From the NCBI RefSeq assembly GCF_009914755.1, contig NC_060947.1: 64,000 nt of DNA; one strand, given 5' to 3'. Below are positions 44,393 to 60,090 of the stretch, piece by piece. The notes below the pieces were generated by a model. That model searched no databases and had not been told where the DNA came from. It saw only the letters and a program-made list of their open reading frames with translations. The DNA comes from the human T2T-CHM13v2.0 reference genome, Homo sapiens. The translations under genes and the position numbers were made by a program. Every line of letters begins with the position of its first letter. The first letter of the stretch is position 1.

Positions 44393-45260
44393 GTATTTGA
44401 AGTGTTTCCCACAACTATTTGACTAGAGTCTTTTTTTCTTTCATCAGTTATGTGGCAGGACTAGTATTTTCTGCCAGGAGGAATGCTACTAAAGGATGTG
44501 CATGAGGGGATGGGGTGGGAAAGGGTGTGTGTGTATGTGTGTGTGTAATGAAGATGTGTGAAAGTATTGATATCATCACTTGTAGGAAGGTTTGAGGACT
44601 ATTTATTTACTTATTAATTTATTTTAACACCACTGTCTGTTTAAAGCAACTTTAAGGCAGCTCAAAAAGAATGCTGGGGGTAAAGGATTCTTCCTGGGCA
44701 TTTTGACTCCATCCTATTAACGCAGGCATCCCTGAGACCCACATAGTGCTAATTTGCTTACTACCAGCAGACCTACACTATTTCTGAACAACAGAAAAAG
44801 CAAGACCAGCAACTGAAGTAGTCAGTGACCAAACTTTAAAGTTCTTAGAGAAAGAGGGAGACAATGCACTACTTTTCCCTACTGATTGAAAATTAGTAAG
44901 AGTTAATAGGGAGAGGTGGTTGAGTGAGCATCTCCTGATTTTTAAAACATGGTACAAAGGATCCTGCATCCAAGATAGCTAGGCAGGTGAGCGTACCTCA
45001 TGTAGGTGTGTTTAGAGCTCAGGCAGGATGAAGCAGGATGAGGAGGACTTATCTCATGAAATTACAAGGTGACTTAGACTGGGCTGGGGTGGGCAGGGAT
45101 AGGAGCTCATGCTGAATCTGGTCCAAACATCTTAGAAATGAGGAGTCTCCCCTCCTTGCAAAAGCAGGCTGTTTGGGGCCCCAGTAATTTTATTTGCAGA
45201 TGCTCTGAAAAGCACTAGTCAACTACGTTTTATGTATTTCACAATTCTTCCCTCCATATA

Positions 45261-45612
45261 CAGATGATCCTTCACTTACGATGGGGGTCACATACCAATA
45301 AACCCATCTTAAGTTGAAAATGCATTTAATACACCTAACCTAGCAAACATCATAGCTTAGCCTAGCCTACTTTAAATGTGCTTAGAACGCTTATATTAGC
45401 TTACAGTTGGACAAAATCATGTACTACAAAGCAAATTTTGTAATTAAAAAGTGTTGAATAGCTCATGTCATTTATTGAATAGTGTACTGGAAATAAAAAG
45501 CAAAATGGTTGTATGGTAAAGTATGAGTTCTACTAAATGCCTATTGCTTCTGTACCACTGTAAAGCCCCCGAAAAAATGTAAGTTGAACTACTGTAAGTC
45601 AGAGACCATCTG
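45261..45612. mobile_element. MER47A-like TcMar-Tigger MITE
   Basis: TIRs cagatgatccttcacttacg / gtaagtcagagaccatctg, flanked by TA on both sides. Confidence 0.85.
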
Positions 45613-45944
45613 TATTGACTGTTCTCAAAGTGTTCATTGCCAGACAATGCAGCTTTGGGGAGCTAGAGAAAAGTCATCAACATTTAAAAAAATTTACATT
45701 TTCCTTCAGTTCTCAAAGGTAGAAAGGACACTATTTAGTCCTGTGTATTCCCTCTAGAGAGGAGAGAAATAAGCAACAGAGAGGGGAAATGACACTGTGA
45801 GTGGCAGAGAAAATACTAGCACAAACGCCTCATTTGTATAATTTGACTACTGAACGGGAATGTGAATTCCTTTGTACCAATCTGAAGTGCAAGTACAGTA
45901 ACTAGTAAAATAAACACACTTTAAAGTGTTCATGTTAATATGAC

Positions 45945-46080
45945 TCTCTAGACTGTAGACTATCTGAGGACAGTGACCTTATCTGCATTATACAATGTTT
46001 ACTTCCAGTTGCTACTTCAGTTACTGGCACATAATGGACGCTCAATAAATACATGTTGGAAGATTATTCTTTGAATGAAT
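45945..46080 (+). mobile_element. L2 3' end abutting the FGF13 cleavage site
   Basis: ctagactgtagact...ggcacataatggacgctcaataaatacatgttg...tgaatgaat. Confidence 0.75.
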
Positions 46081-47343
46081 ATAAAGAGTTTATTCGGTGC
46101 GTATTTGGGTATACAACAACAAATATTAAACAACTTTTTTAAACTTTTTGTGCACAGGACAGAAAACTGCCTGTACATGCTATGTCCACTTTTGGAACAC
46201 AGATTTTTAACAATTATGAATGCACAAAATCTTACATATCATGCAACTCTATGCCAAGAACCCAACTTTCTTCCATGCAACAGATATGAAGATCTAAATG
46301 GAAACCTAGCTAAGTCTTAAACACTTTTCCAGTAGCAAGTATAATATATGTTGTTGAGGGAAAACCAGTCTTAACAATTCCTTGTACACAATATTCATGT
46401 GCCAAATACAATGACAGGAAGACTCATACATATACAGATAAGACATTTCTTATTTTAACAACACAAAAGACAACATCACAGTTCCACAGTTCCTGTCTTT
46501 ACACAAGAAGCCACAACAATAGTTTAACATGATACACAAATGGAATTAAGAGAAATCTACACTTGAGGATAATTTTTTGAAGTTCTCTTTACTGACTGGG
46601 GTTGACAATACAACTCAATTTCTACGCACAAAGTACAGCACAATAACTTGACCAGAATACCACAAATCTAAAAAAAAAAAAAAAGAAAGAAAAACAATTG
46701 GTCAAACCACAAGAACACTGTTACCTTGAGCCTGAGAAGCCAATTCAGATTCAACCCTGAATTTGGTTGATTTGGATTAAGTGACGCAAAAAGTCAATAG
46801 AACCATTGAATTTCAGAAATCATAAAGTTGCACTATGCCAAAGAAAAGAGTACATGTGAATCAAGCGTAGATAGAAAACATCAAGCCAAGAAAACAACAC
46901 AATTCACATAATTTTGTTTGCCCCGACAAAACATTTAAGCAGTTAATTTTGTTTTGTTTTGTTTTGTTTGTTTTTGAAGAACAATTGTGGTCTTTTACAT
47001 TTTCTTGGTGGGAGAGCAAATTTTGATCAGCATTAGTGCTGTGAAATACTTTTGGATTATCATCCCCAAAGTATAGGTGAGATCATGAGAAAATTTGGCA
47101 GTCCTTCTCTCAGATTTAGTTCACTAAAATGCTTGGCATTCTTATGCACAAGCTCAATCTAAATAATGGGGCTTTAGTATGGATGATAAGAAGGTCTAAT
47201 GGCAGATAGAATAGTGAACTCTGCCTGTTTGTTTGGTAAATGTCACTGACAAATTTGAACTTTTGGGTGAAGGACTGCTAGAAGAATTCAACAGCACCTG
47301 GAGGTAAGGTTCTGTTACAGAGCCCTTCTTTTGCCCTCACTGG
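46070..47343 (-). other. FGF13: FGF13 3'UTR (proximal poly(A) isoform, ~1.27 kb)
   Basis: Repeat-free, U-rich sequence running from the stop codon to the AATAAA. An L2 remnant begins immediately beyond it. Confidence 0.85.
46089..46094 (-). terminator. Polyadenylation signal AATAAA of FGF13
   Basis: Minus strand reads gcaccgAATAAActctttatattcattcaaag, with CA dinucleotides 12-17 nt downstream and a UGUA ~20 nt upstream. Confidence 0.8.
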
Positions 47344-47745
<402 letters not shown>

Positions 47746-48139
47746 AATGGGCCTACCACACTGGTCCTCAACTTTTCTTTTGGTTACTAGGCTTCTGTGC
47801 CTTAAGCCAGACATGAAAAACACTGCTTTCAAGGACTCAGTAGAGAGTGGACAGGTTCAGATTAAGCAAAAATCTAGCCTTGGTGTAGTAGTGTGTAAAG
47901 AATTTTAATGCCTAACTTCAACCACATATGGTTATGTAAGAGAGGATTAATAAAAAATGCATTTAATAAACCTCTTAGAAGTTTAAATATGATCTATAGC
48001 ATACTGTACAAGGCAAATATTAAAATTTAAAATATTTTAAAACACTGATTTCTATCATACTTTAAAATGAAACACTTCAAGAGTCTAAGTATTGGATAAT
48101 TCTTGGTACAGTAAATGGTAAAATTTATTATTGTGCTAT

Positions 48140-48390
48140 AAATAAACATAATAGCTTATAGTTATGGAACACATAACATTAGATACTACTCTAAGTTCTT
48201 TGCATGCATTATCCCATTTAGTCCCTATGAGAATCTTATAAGTACTCTTATCCATATTATACAGATGAACTTGAGGCATACACAGGTAAATAACCTGTTC
48301 AAGACCATCCAGTTAGCAAAAAGTGAAGTTGGGCCTTGAATTTAGGTAGTCTGGCTCCAAAAAATGTGCTGTAAAACACAGTGCTGTGCT
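48140..48390 (-). mobile_element. MIR
   Basis: tatccatattatacagatgaacttgaggca...tagtctggctcca. Confidence 0.75.
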
Positions 48391-48684
48391 TATTCGAATT
48401 GCACAGTGTCTGCCTCTACTCTAAACCCCTACTCTTACCTCAGGCTAGTAATCTCTTTGAAGTCTTCCTCTGCTTTGCCCGCATTTTCTGTCTCTTCTCT
48501 ACCATATCTCACTATTTCTTACCTCCCTATCTTCCATAGCCTATTCTTGTCCCTCACCCTTTCTAATTTGCTATTAATCTGCTAATAATGATGGGAAAAC
48601 TATAAGCAAAATTTGCTGAAATAATATGTTGGGCCCTTAGAGAGGACCCAAGGAGCTTTCTGGTAAGTGTTAAGTGTACACACA

Positions 48685-48871
48685 TTTTTTTTTTCTTTTG
48701 TTTTTTGAAACGGAGTCTCACTCTGCCGCCCAGGCTGGAGTCCAGTGGCACGATCTCAGCTCGCTGTAAGCTCCGCCTCCCAGGTTCACGCCATTCTCCG
48801 GACCTCGTGATCCGCCCGCCTCGGCCTCCCCAAAGTGCTGGGATTACAGGCGTGAGCCACCGTGCCCGGCT
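48685..48871 (-). mobile_element. AluY with ~110-bp internal deletion
   Basis: Y diagnostics aagctccgcc / ttcacgccattctcc; CpG-rich; 16-bp TSD gtgtaYacacattttt. Confidence 0.92.
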
Positions 48872-49139
48872 GTGTATACACATTTTTAACACCTATGTTT
48901 CTGCCCAGGCAACATTTTAGCATAATTTGGGGATCTTGGCTGTCCTGAGTTAGCATGTAAGTTACTTCCACATAAGTAAAGTGTCACTATATGTACATGC
49001 ACTATGGAAAAATTAAAATCAGGAGAGCAAATGTTTTTGAGTGTTACAAAATGTAAGTTTTTTAAATAAATGTCTTAATGTGGAACAACTGTTTCATTTT
49101 CAAAAGTATTATTAAGGACTGCTTTAAATTACTATTTCT

Positions 49140-50176
<1,037 letters not shown>

Positions 50177-52081
50177 TCAGTGTTTATAGCTATGAATTTC
50201 CTGTAGAATCATGTGGTATTGCCTTTTAGGAGATTAAGACATACTTTGTAAAAGCTCGTGTGACTGGTGCTCTATTTTAATAGCATAAACTATCATCATT
50301 GGAAACCATCAGACTACATATAACATTTCACATGATGCTTTAGAAAAAGTCATAAGTGAAAGTGCTATTGATCAATGATTAGCTCTCTTTGTAATAGGTA
50401 ATGGGAACATTAGAACAAGCCACATAAGTGAAATATATTGGACAACTACAAGAGCCAAGGATTGAAAAGACAAGCATAAAACTGACACATGGAGCTTTGT
50501 TCCCTTCAGGGTTCAATATGAGAAAATAAACATTCGGTCCTTGTACTTAATTTTCATGGATTCTTGAGTTATTATACACTATGGTTGTCAATTGCCTCAG
50601 GCTGAAATCTGTGTTACAATGCTTTCTGCCTATATTTCTAAAAGAATGCTACAAAGAAAGCCTACCTTTTACTTTTAGGTAAACCAAATTGATTTTTTTT
50701 GGATCATTGGACCTTGACTTGAGACAGAAAGAAAAATTCCCCCCTCACCCCATCCTTGCCTTACAGTAACATTTACATGCAAATCAATACAAAAGCAAGG
50801 AATTTACAGCAATTTTACTAGCAGACACGATAGAGCAGCCCAGTGGACTTTGAACTCAGGAATATGGTTTTCTGTCATGCATTTGGCCATTTTTACTTTA
50901 GACTGGATTTTTCAAATGAAGGGCTCCTGCCCTCAATAGACCATTTCAAGGAAACAAACAAACAAACAAAAAAACCAACAACAACAAAAAACCTTTTGTG
51001 TGTTTGAGTGTACACGTGTCTATGTGTACAATAAACAGCCATTAAAAATGATAATTTCTAAGCTAAATGAAATGAATAGTAGATTTGAATGTATAAGTAA
51101 TCCATAGAGTAGCAAAGGGCCTACTTGGAGTGGAAGATTATTAGGAAAATGCTAAGTGAGCTACATGTCATAGAGGCACCAATTAAACTATCAGATTTTT
51201 GCTAATTTGCTGAGATGTTATCAGGAAAAACACTTGGTACTATCACCAAAAACATGTATACAAACAAATATTGCAAGCTTTCTGGGGCACTAGTCTTTTA
51301 AAAACAATGTCTCCATGGTTCTACCTTCCTTTATTTTTCATATTGGATACCATTTTAAGCAATACACACTAGCTGAGCAGCAACATCTGAAGCCCTCTCA
51401 GTCACTTCAGCAAAGAGGGATATATTCCTCAGGCAAGGCAGCTTTTCTCTGAAATTTAAGCACTCAAGCAATTTCCTTTCCTTTTTTCTGGGATTCTACA
51501 AACAGTGTTTCACACAGTAATCTGCCTAATCTCCCCCCATCTTCCCAATCTGGCTCCCAGAATGCACGAACTGAAGTATCTTTTGGGGTTATTTCAGCCT
51601 AGGGGCACACTCGATAGATGTTCAGAGGATTCACACAAATTCAACCTACTCAAGAAGCAATGTACTTCTAAGGCAACTGTCACATGTTAGGAACCAAAAT
51701 GTTCTATTTATGGGCTGTGAAAACTCCTCTTTGTAGGATTTCTCAACATAGAGAAAGCCAAGAAAGTACCAAGAAATTTGACTAGAAGTCTCCACATTTC
51801 CTTTAGTGATGAGGACAAGTACATAGAACGTTGCTGAAATTCTTTGGGAATTAAATCACTGTACGGAAAAAAGTCATCATTGGAGAATGGATTTTCCTTT
51901 CATAAAGAATCAAACCATTTTGAAAATATATCTGGTGAAAAATGCATATGATCAAGGCAAATGATACCAAATAGCCACATAAACAATGTATGGCTGACTC
52001 CAGAATGGTGAGATGGGATCATTGCATATTCTAAGTCAGGTCCCAAAAATGGGCTGCATTTAATGTCTTGTGTGATAGCAG

Positions 52082-53150
52082 CATTCATACATTCATTTAA
52101 TACACATTTTCTAAGGATCCATTATGTAGTTGATCGGTGCTAAATATTCATAGGTAAGTAATATGTGGCTTCAGACAGCTTATCATATATTTGTAGGTAT
52201 CAAGCATGTACACAAATGTCATAGATACAATGTGTGCTACCATAAGGAAAGAAAGGGAGGCTTACAGGAGGTGCTGTATGAAAACAGAAAAAGCCAGACT
52301 TAATTCTGACTGAGGGACTAGGGAGGGATTCACAGAGAGGGTATCATTTTAGCCGAGCTTTTCAATACAGAAAACAGGGAAGAATAATATTTGAAGCACA
52401 GGGCCACACTTCCTCTACTTTTCCTGTGTTCCCTGTCTTAGTAACTGGAATCCACCATCCTGGCAGTTGCTCACTTAACACTTCAGAGGGCCTTTCATTT
52501 CATTCCTGTGCCCTCTAGTCCGTGATCCATGACCTTCACCTTCCATTCCCAATGCCACTGCTCTACTTTGCGCCTTATTACCTCTTCACTGGACTGCTGT
52601 CATAACATCCTAACTGGTTTCTTCTCTTCAGCTGGCAGGTTTGCTTTCCTAAAGCAAAGTTCCCTTCCTTGGGAAATTTTGATGATTTCACCTTGCCTAT
52701 AGTAAAAACAACAAACAACTTGATGTAACATTTAAAAATTCTCCACAATTCAGTCACTACCATGCCTTCCAGCGTCATCTTCCAGTGTCATTCACCACAG
52801 AACCATGTGTGCCTTTGCGCTTTACTGATGCCATTCATTTCCTTTGCTTAGAATGTCATTCCTTTGTTTCTCTACCTACTGGCTTTCCTCTAACCCTCCA
52901 AGGCCTAGCTCAAATATGACTGTTTCCAGAATCACATATAATCTCTCCCAATCAGAACTGATTACACCTGTTATCTGTGCTCCCATAAACTCTATCTACA
53001 TCTCTAGCATGGCCCTGTGACTCATACAACTGTATGATTAGCTCCAGATGGTAGGGAACTTGTCTTATTTTTTCCCCAATCTACCTTCCCCCAACAAAAA
53101 TGACACGTTAGCACATGGCAGACCGCTTGATTATTGTTTATGTGATTTGA
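52082..53150. mobile_element. L2 fragments in opposite orientations (minus ~52082-52400, plus ~52405-53150)
   Basis: cattcatacattcattta tail at left; gcacatggcagaccgcttgattattgttt tail at right. Confidence 0.65.
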
Positions 53151-54210
53151 ATTTCAGAGATTCAGATTTAAATATTGGAAATTCTAGGACTCAGAATTAT
53201 CAACTAGTAAAAAGTCTGCAGGGATTTTCCTTAATACCATATCATGAAATCAGCTGTATGTAAAATGAGGCTGTCACTGCATGGACAGATTCTGCAAGTG
53301 TAATTTAGTATCTGGCACCTATAACGTGGCACCTATAACATCAGGAGAAAATCTTGGCAATTGTTACAACTATTGAAAAATGGCAAGGAAGGACTCAATG
53401 AACTGAATGCTCTGTCACATCCTGGCAATTTCTTAGTCATCACCACTAAATTTGGACTCAAAAACTCAGTAAAGAGGGAGAAAAATGAGGCCAAAAAAAG
53501 AATGCTGAAGCAACCAAAGGAGTGTTCTGTTCTCTGTGTATGACACTGTCATTTTATCCAGTGTTGAGTAGGCAGAAGAGGCTTGATTTTTATCAAATGT
53601 GGAAAAATGTGAGCATGTCACCCAACACAGGCAGGTCCACCAAAAGGATACAGTTTCACCCCTATGTCTCTGCAGTGATTCATATGAATAATAGAAATTG
53701 GATTTGTCCCAACCCACGAAATCCCTGTTCAGAGGAGACTAAGTAGATGTATGCCAAGGAACCAACCTACTTTGACTGATCTGGAAGATGCTCACTAGTG
53801 CCCTGGAAGAAGGTACCATAGCGCTCTTGACACATGAGAGGCACTAAATAAAGGCAGCAATCACTGTGTTCTGGATTTAACAGGCACTGGATAAATGTCT
53901 GCTATTGTCATTAATGCATGAATGAGTTAAAAAGATGTCATGCATTCCCTGCATAGTTACTGAGAAATTACTTGACATGAGTACAAAATAAAAGATGCTT
54001 TAAGTCTTCTGACCTTTTATGTGTTGATTTCTCTTAAAAGAAATGTATGTTTGGCATATCTATGTTTTTTCAGAAAAATAACAACTTTTTAGTTAATGAA
54101 ATAATCAATCTGTCTCTAATATCTTTCCTCTGTATAATCATGTCTATTTCTCTTGCAGTTCAATGTTTGGTTCTTCTCAGTGAATACTGAACCTTTTATT
54201 TAAGAAATTC

Positions 54211-54692
<482 letters not shown>

Positions 54693-56654
54693 CTAAACAC
54701 CACATCTGTATAACATATTGGGGAATTGTTACAGCCACAGATGTTAATGATCAGCTGCCCTTCTCAGGGCATATTAAGACCTCCACACAGACTTTAGAGA
54801 GGCAAGTAAAGAATGCATTAGTGCAACCAGTTATGTTGAATATATGGAAATAACCGCAAGACCCAAAGGTGTGCCAGAAAACGTTTTTTCCCCCGAACAA
54901 AGGCTTGGGAGCAATATAAATTGTTATTCTCTGTTACAGTCAGAAGAAGCAATAGTGGCCTGGCTTGCCCCTGGCACCGAGGGCAAAGTATGGACAGAGT
55001 GTAGTATCTCTTTGGCCTCCCGGAGCTGGAGCCAGGTTAATAGACGAGTGGGCTGTGATGATGGCTTCCCTGAATTGAGCCAAGTAAGGACCATGTCAGT
55101 CAGCAGATGGTGTGTAGCTATATCTTCAGTAGCCATACCAAAATGATGAGAGCTAAAATATCTGTAAAACATTTATGTTGTTTCAGCGTCTTAAACACAT
55201 CTCCAATACCAAAAGATACACACCAAGACTAAATGCCTTCCTGATGCAAATAAGTAATTTGGCAAACATAGGCCTTAATAACAGGTTTTTCATACTTTTT
55301 TTTCACCCTGCTCTTGTATTTTCAGCTATAGTGCAACTGATAGGGTGGCACTGTTTCATGTGTGTCCGTATCTCAGCAGGATGGGAGGCTTTGAGGATTG
55401 CCATGCAGACTGTAAATGTTTCCCTTTAACACATTTCTCTCAAAAACATATTTTTTTTTTACATGGGCTGCACTGATTCCCTTGGATCTGGAGAGAACAA
55501 CAGAGGGTACTGAAGTTGTCCATACATAAAATGGGAACACTAAGTCCTCAGCCTGGCGAACAAAGCCTGTGATGGCAGTGTTGCCAAGTGCACACATCCT
55601 GGTATAGATTAATGTGTCTCAATACATTTTGTTTAATTCACATGTAACATTTTTTAAAGCAAGAACCATAGAACACAGAAAGAAAAACAGTTGATAGATA
55701 TTATGAGTAGGCATTTAAAGAATGTTTCATAATGAACCTAGAAACACAGTTTCCTCTTTTCAGTAGGTTTTATAAACCTATTTTAACTAATCTACCTTTT
55801 CCTTCTATATTCCCACCTCTCTCTTCTTCTCCTCTCTTCCAGTCACATTTTCAGTAGCCTGATCATTCCAATTAATTGAACAATTACTGCCAATAGCAAG
55901 GGTCACTCTTCTAATTCTGAGCCATGTTCCGATGATAATTAATTTTCCAGATTAAAAGTTAGGTTATTTAAGCAGGTTTGACTTGTGTACATCAATTATT
56001 CCCCAGCCTAATGAAATTAATATGCAGATTAAAATTAGATTTTCAACTCTGTTAAAAAACTTGAAACAACAGAATCTTAAAACATAAATCATGCCCATAG
56101 GGGTGACAATGTAACTACCTATATTCTCTATACAGGCTTCCCCTCCACCAGTGATTTCAAAATCCAGGACTAATTATTATATTTAGGGCTTTGATGTTCT
56201 CTTCCAGGGTATATTTGATGTGAATGAATTTCATTATTACTGAGATCAAAGCATGGGAAGGGAGAGACTGGGGAAGAGGGAATCAATACTCACCCAGTGC
56301 ACTGTAGCTAAGCAAAATTATTAATTCACGATAAACAGAATATGGATTGCTCACTCAAATATCTGCTGGACTATTAGATACTTGAGGGCAGCTCCTAACA
56401 TAAGGGCTGGCATACAGTAAATTATCAATACATACCTAGTGAAACAAATAAATTAAAAATAGAATATATGAAGAAACTTTGGAAGCTCCCTTGTGTAAAT
56501 CCAAAAAAGGGTTAAATGTGGCACTACATTTTCCAATGAATAGAGGACTATTTTAAAGTAGATACAGGCAAGTCAGAAACTTGCCTGTGAGAGCAGAAAA
56601 AGTAGGCGATCAAAGGAGGAAAGTGGCCTAGAGGTAAATTCAATTTCAAAACTG

Positions 56655-56790
56655 GAAAGGATGAGAGAAAGGGGAAGGAGGGGAGGTATGGAGAAAAGGG
56701 GGAGAGGGTGAGGGAGGGAAGCAGGGAGGGAGGGAGGGAGAAAAGGAGGAAAAGAATAGAGAATAACAAAAGCAAAACAATACTTAAGCA
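56655..56790. repeat. Polypurine (GGGA/GGA-rich) low-complexity tract
   Basis: Seen directly. Confidence 0.9.
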
Positions 56791-58694
56791 AAAATAAAGA
56801 AATTCCTAATAATCCTGACATAGGCAAGAACCTCATACTCCTGGTCTTTTTGTCTGCAAATAGTTAAGTGTTTCAATTAAATTCTATTAGACCGATTTTT
56901 GTAAAATGGTGAAAAAAATCTACCAGTTCTGCTGATCTTACTGGTTGTTGTATGAGGATGCAATGAGATGATCTAGGGTGAAAGAAGCTCTGAATATTGT
57001 AAAGCTCCATAAACATGAAATGTGGGATTGCTTCTGATAATACGGGCCCAGAAATCAAGGCCAAATAAATAAATCCACTTTTCAAGATTCTTTTTCACTA
57101 TGGAATCAATTTACAAAAAAAAGGCCTGGCTATATGTGTTTTATTAACATGGAAGAATATAAATTCTATCAAAAATTAGGACTGTACATGAATTACACTT
57201 TGTGTTCAGCACTCTCCTTCAAGCTTGGTTCTCAGAGAACTGTTTTGCCTCCTTTCATTTTTCATTTCTGTCTGCAATAGGCTGAAATGGCTGCAGTAAT
57301 CCAAGCCATAGCACTAAAGAAATGCAGTGCTTAAATAAAAGGGCTTCATGAAATACCATGCCACAAAATGACTTAAAAATACACAGGTTAATTAGCAACG
57401 ATTTCTAAAGAAATGCAAATTGGAATTAAGAGTATGCACATTGGGACTATTTTGCCTCATATGGTTACACTGAATTCTTTACCAAGACTTTCTATATTCC
57501 TAGATATTTCATAGATATTTTAATTTACCTTATGTTGGCCCCACAAAATATGTCAACACAGTGTTGCTTTTTCTCCTTAGTTCTTCACAAACAAAAATAA
57601 GAAAACTATTCAGGAACCTGTCAACCAATGGACTGCTGAAAACAGAGCTAGGACTCAGATATGACCATATTTCAGCCCTGGAGTTCATTTAGTCCTCTAT
57701 ACTGAATTGTTCTGGATTTTCATATATTTCTCTAAAGCAATGTCATACAATGGATTACCCAGGCTCTCCATTCTTCCAAAACAATGTTTTATAAAACACA
57801 CTGAAATAAGCTAGAAGTTAAAGAATGAGAACAAACAAATACAATACATCCCTTCCAGAGGCTAAGATGGGTTATTTTTGTCGTGATACAAAAATTACAT
57901 GATCCAAACGCCTCACTCTCCTGCAAGACTGGTCAGCAAATACATTTTGACATGGAAGTAGCTTGTTGAGACTCGTGACAAAGAAGAGAGATAGGCCATA
58001 TGTCTTCAAGACTGTGTGACTGGCCCAAGACTGTGTTAGTCTGACCTTAACCCTGCAGAAGGATACGGATTGTTTAGGCAATCCAATTAGGTGGCAGAGG
58101 GTGTAATTCATTTTACATAAAATATGTTCTAGAGAGACTGTGTGAACTGTTGTATATTTTAAAACTTATTAGGGCATCTCACTGTTTAACAGAAATCTGT
58201 GGAATTTTTTATTTCAAGCGAAGAACACTTCTCTAAGGTGAATAACCCCCTAAAAAACCCCCTATTAACCTGCTTATTATGTGTATTAATTCAGTATATT
58301 GGTTTTTTTAATGGCAGTGTTGATCTATGTGTTTTGAAAGGTGAATCAAATATCAGATATGATTTCTAAAAACAAACCTTCTAGTCTTTTAGCCATTCTC
58401 TGTAATTAATTTGTGCCTATTGGATACATAGTCTCTGCTACTATGAAGCTTTCTCATTTGTGGCAGTCCTCTTCTCTGTACTGACTTCAGAGTGGGATCT
58501 AAATCCAGCTGCAAGAATATGAGTTCTGAAGTACATGTTATCAGGAGAACAAGCTTAGTAGGTTGTGTCTTTTTAAATAGCTGTTGCAAGCACTTGACTA
58601 AAAATTCAAAGCTTAGGAGCTCTGAAAAATTTTCACAGAGATCCAACCAACTGTCATGCACAAGACAAAGGTCCTTTCCTCCTAGATGAATTGA

Positions 58695-59073
<379 letters not shown>

Positions 59074-59589
59074 AGGAATCTTTGAGAATCACACTTTTGA
59101 CACACATTGGATAGCAGCTCTGTTACATTTGGTAGGGTTTGTCTCTGAAGAAAAGTGTCACAGTAATTAGGAGTCTGCTTCTTCAAAAACTTTGAAAGGA
59201 GACTTTCTTGAACAAGTAGGAAAGTAATGCTAGCCAACAGCAACTGCTCAAATGGAAGTCACTATAGCATTCTTTCTGCTGCAAAACATAAAAGCTGGTG
59301 TCACAGGGCAAGGTGCAAAGGCCTCATCTATAAACCAAGGATTTGAATGGATGAGAATGGTGCTGCAGAGGACTATTAAACTGCTGCATCACATTACATC
59401 TGCAAATGACTGCTGAGGATAACAAGTGCTAAAGAGAGGAACCTTTTTTATGAAGAATGCATTTCTACTCATCAGCCCCTTGAAAGGAGCTACATGAGAG
59501 GATGCTAGTGGCAGTCATTTGTCACGAATCTGAATGGAGGGAGCCAATTTATTCATTTGAGACCCAAATAGAAGAATTAATTCTAATCT

Positions 59590-60090
59590 AGGATTTAATG
59601 AAAGCCTACTGTGTCCCAGGCACTGTGACAGCCCCCTTTGAAATATATAACAATCTGCTTTACTCTTGAAGGCACCTCTCAGTAATTACTTCCCTCTGGC
59701 CTGAGAGGAGAGTTCCTCCCACCTCACAGGTGAGAAAATCACAGCAATGGTGCCCTTAACAAGTCATTTTTAAAATAAACTCAATTGCAAGTGCACCTTT
59801 TCACCCACAGAGTAGTCACTGGGTAGACAACAGCTGTAATGCCAACTCCCTTCTAAATGCGCAACTTCAACGTTTGCTGAAGGCTCAGCCCTCCCTCCTA
59901 TTTGTGTGCCCTGGCCCTTTTGAAGAGCTCAGCTCAAAGTTGCCTCTTCCACTTCCAAGTTTTCTGACTGTAGGCAATTCGTGTGTTTTCTGATCCTGCA
60001 TCTGCAAGATGGGGACAGCATCATGTGCTTCATACGGAAGATCACAGAAGGCATGGGGAAGCAGTTAGCTTAAGTGGAAATGCTCGACAA
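59590..60090. mobile_element. Degenerate MIR fragments
   Basis: cctactgtgtcccaggcactgtg; catctgcaagatggggacagc. Confidence 0.5.

Noticed and set aside
46670-46975. A-run and (GTTTT)n in the 3'UTR as a retrocopy signature
   Set aside because: The gene here has a canonical intron, so it is not a processed pseudogene; these are simple repeats.
52082-53150. Inverted L2 pair as a miR-28/151-like hairpin source
   Set aside because: The tails point outward and are ~1 kb apart; no compact complementary stem was seen.
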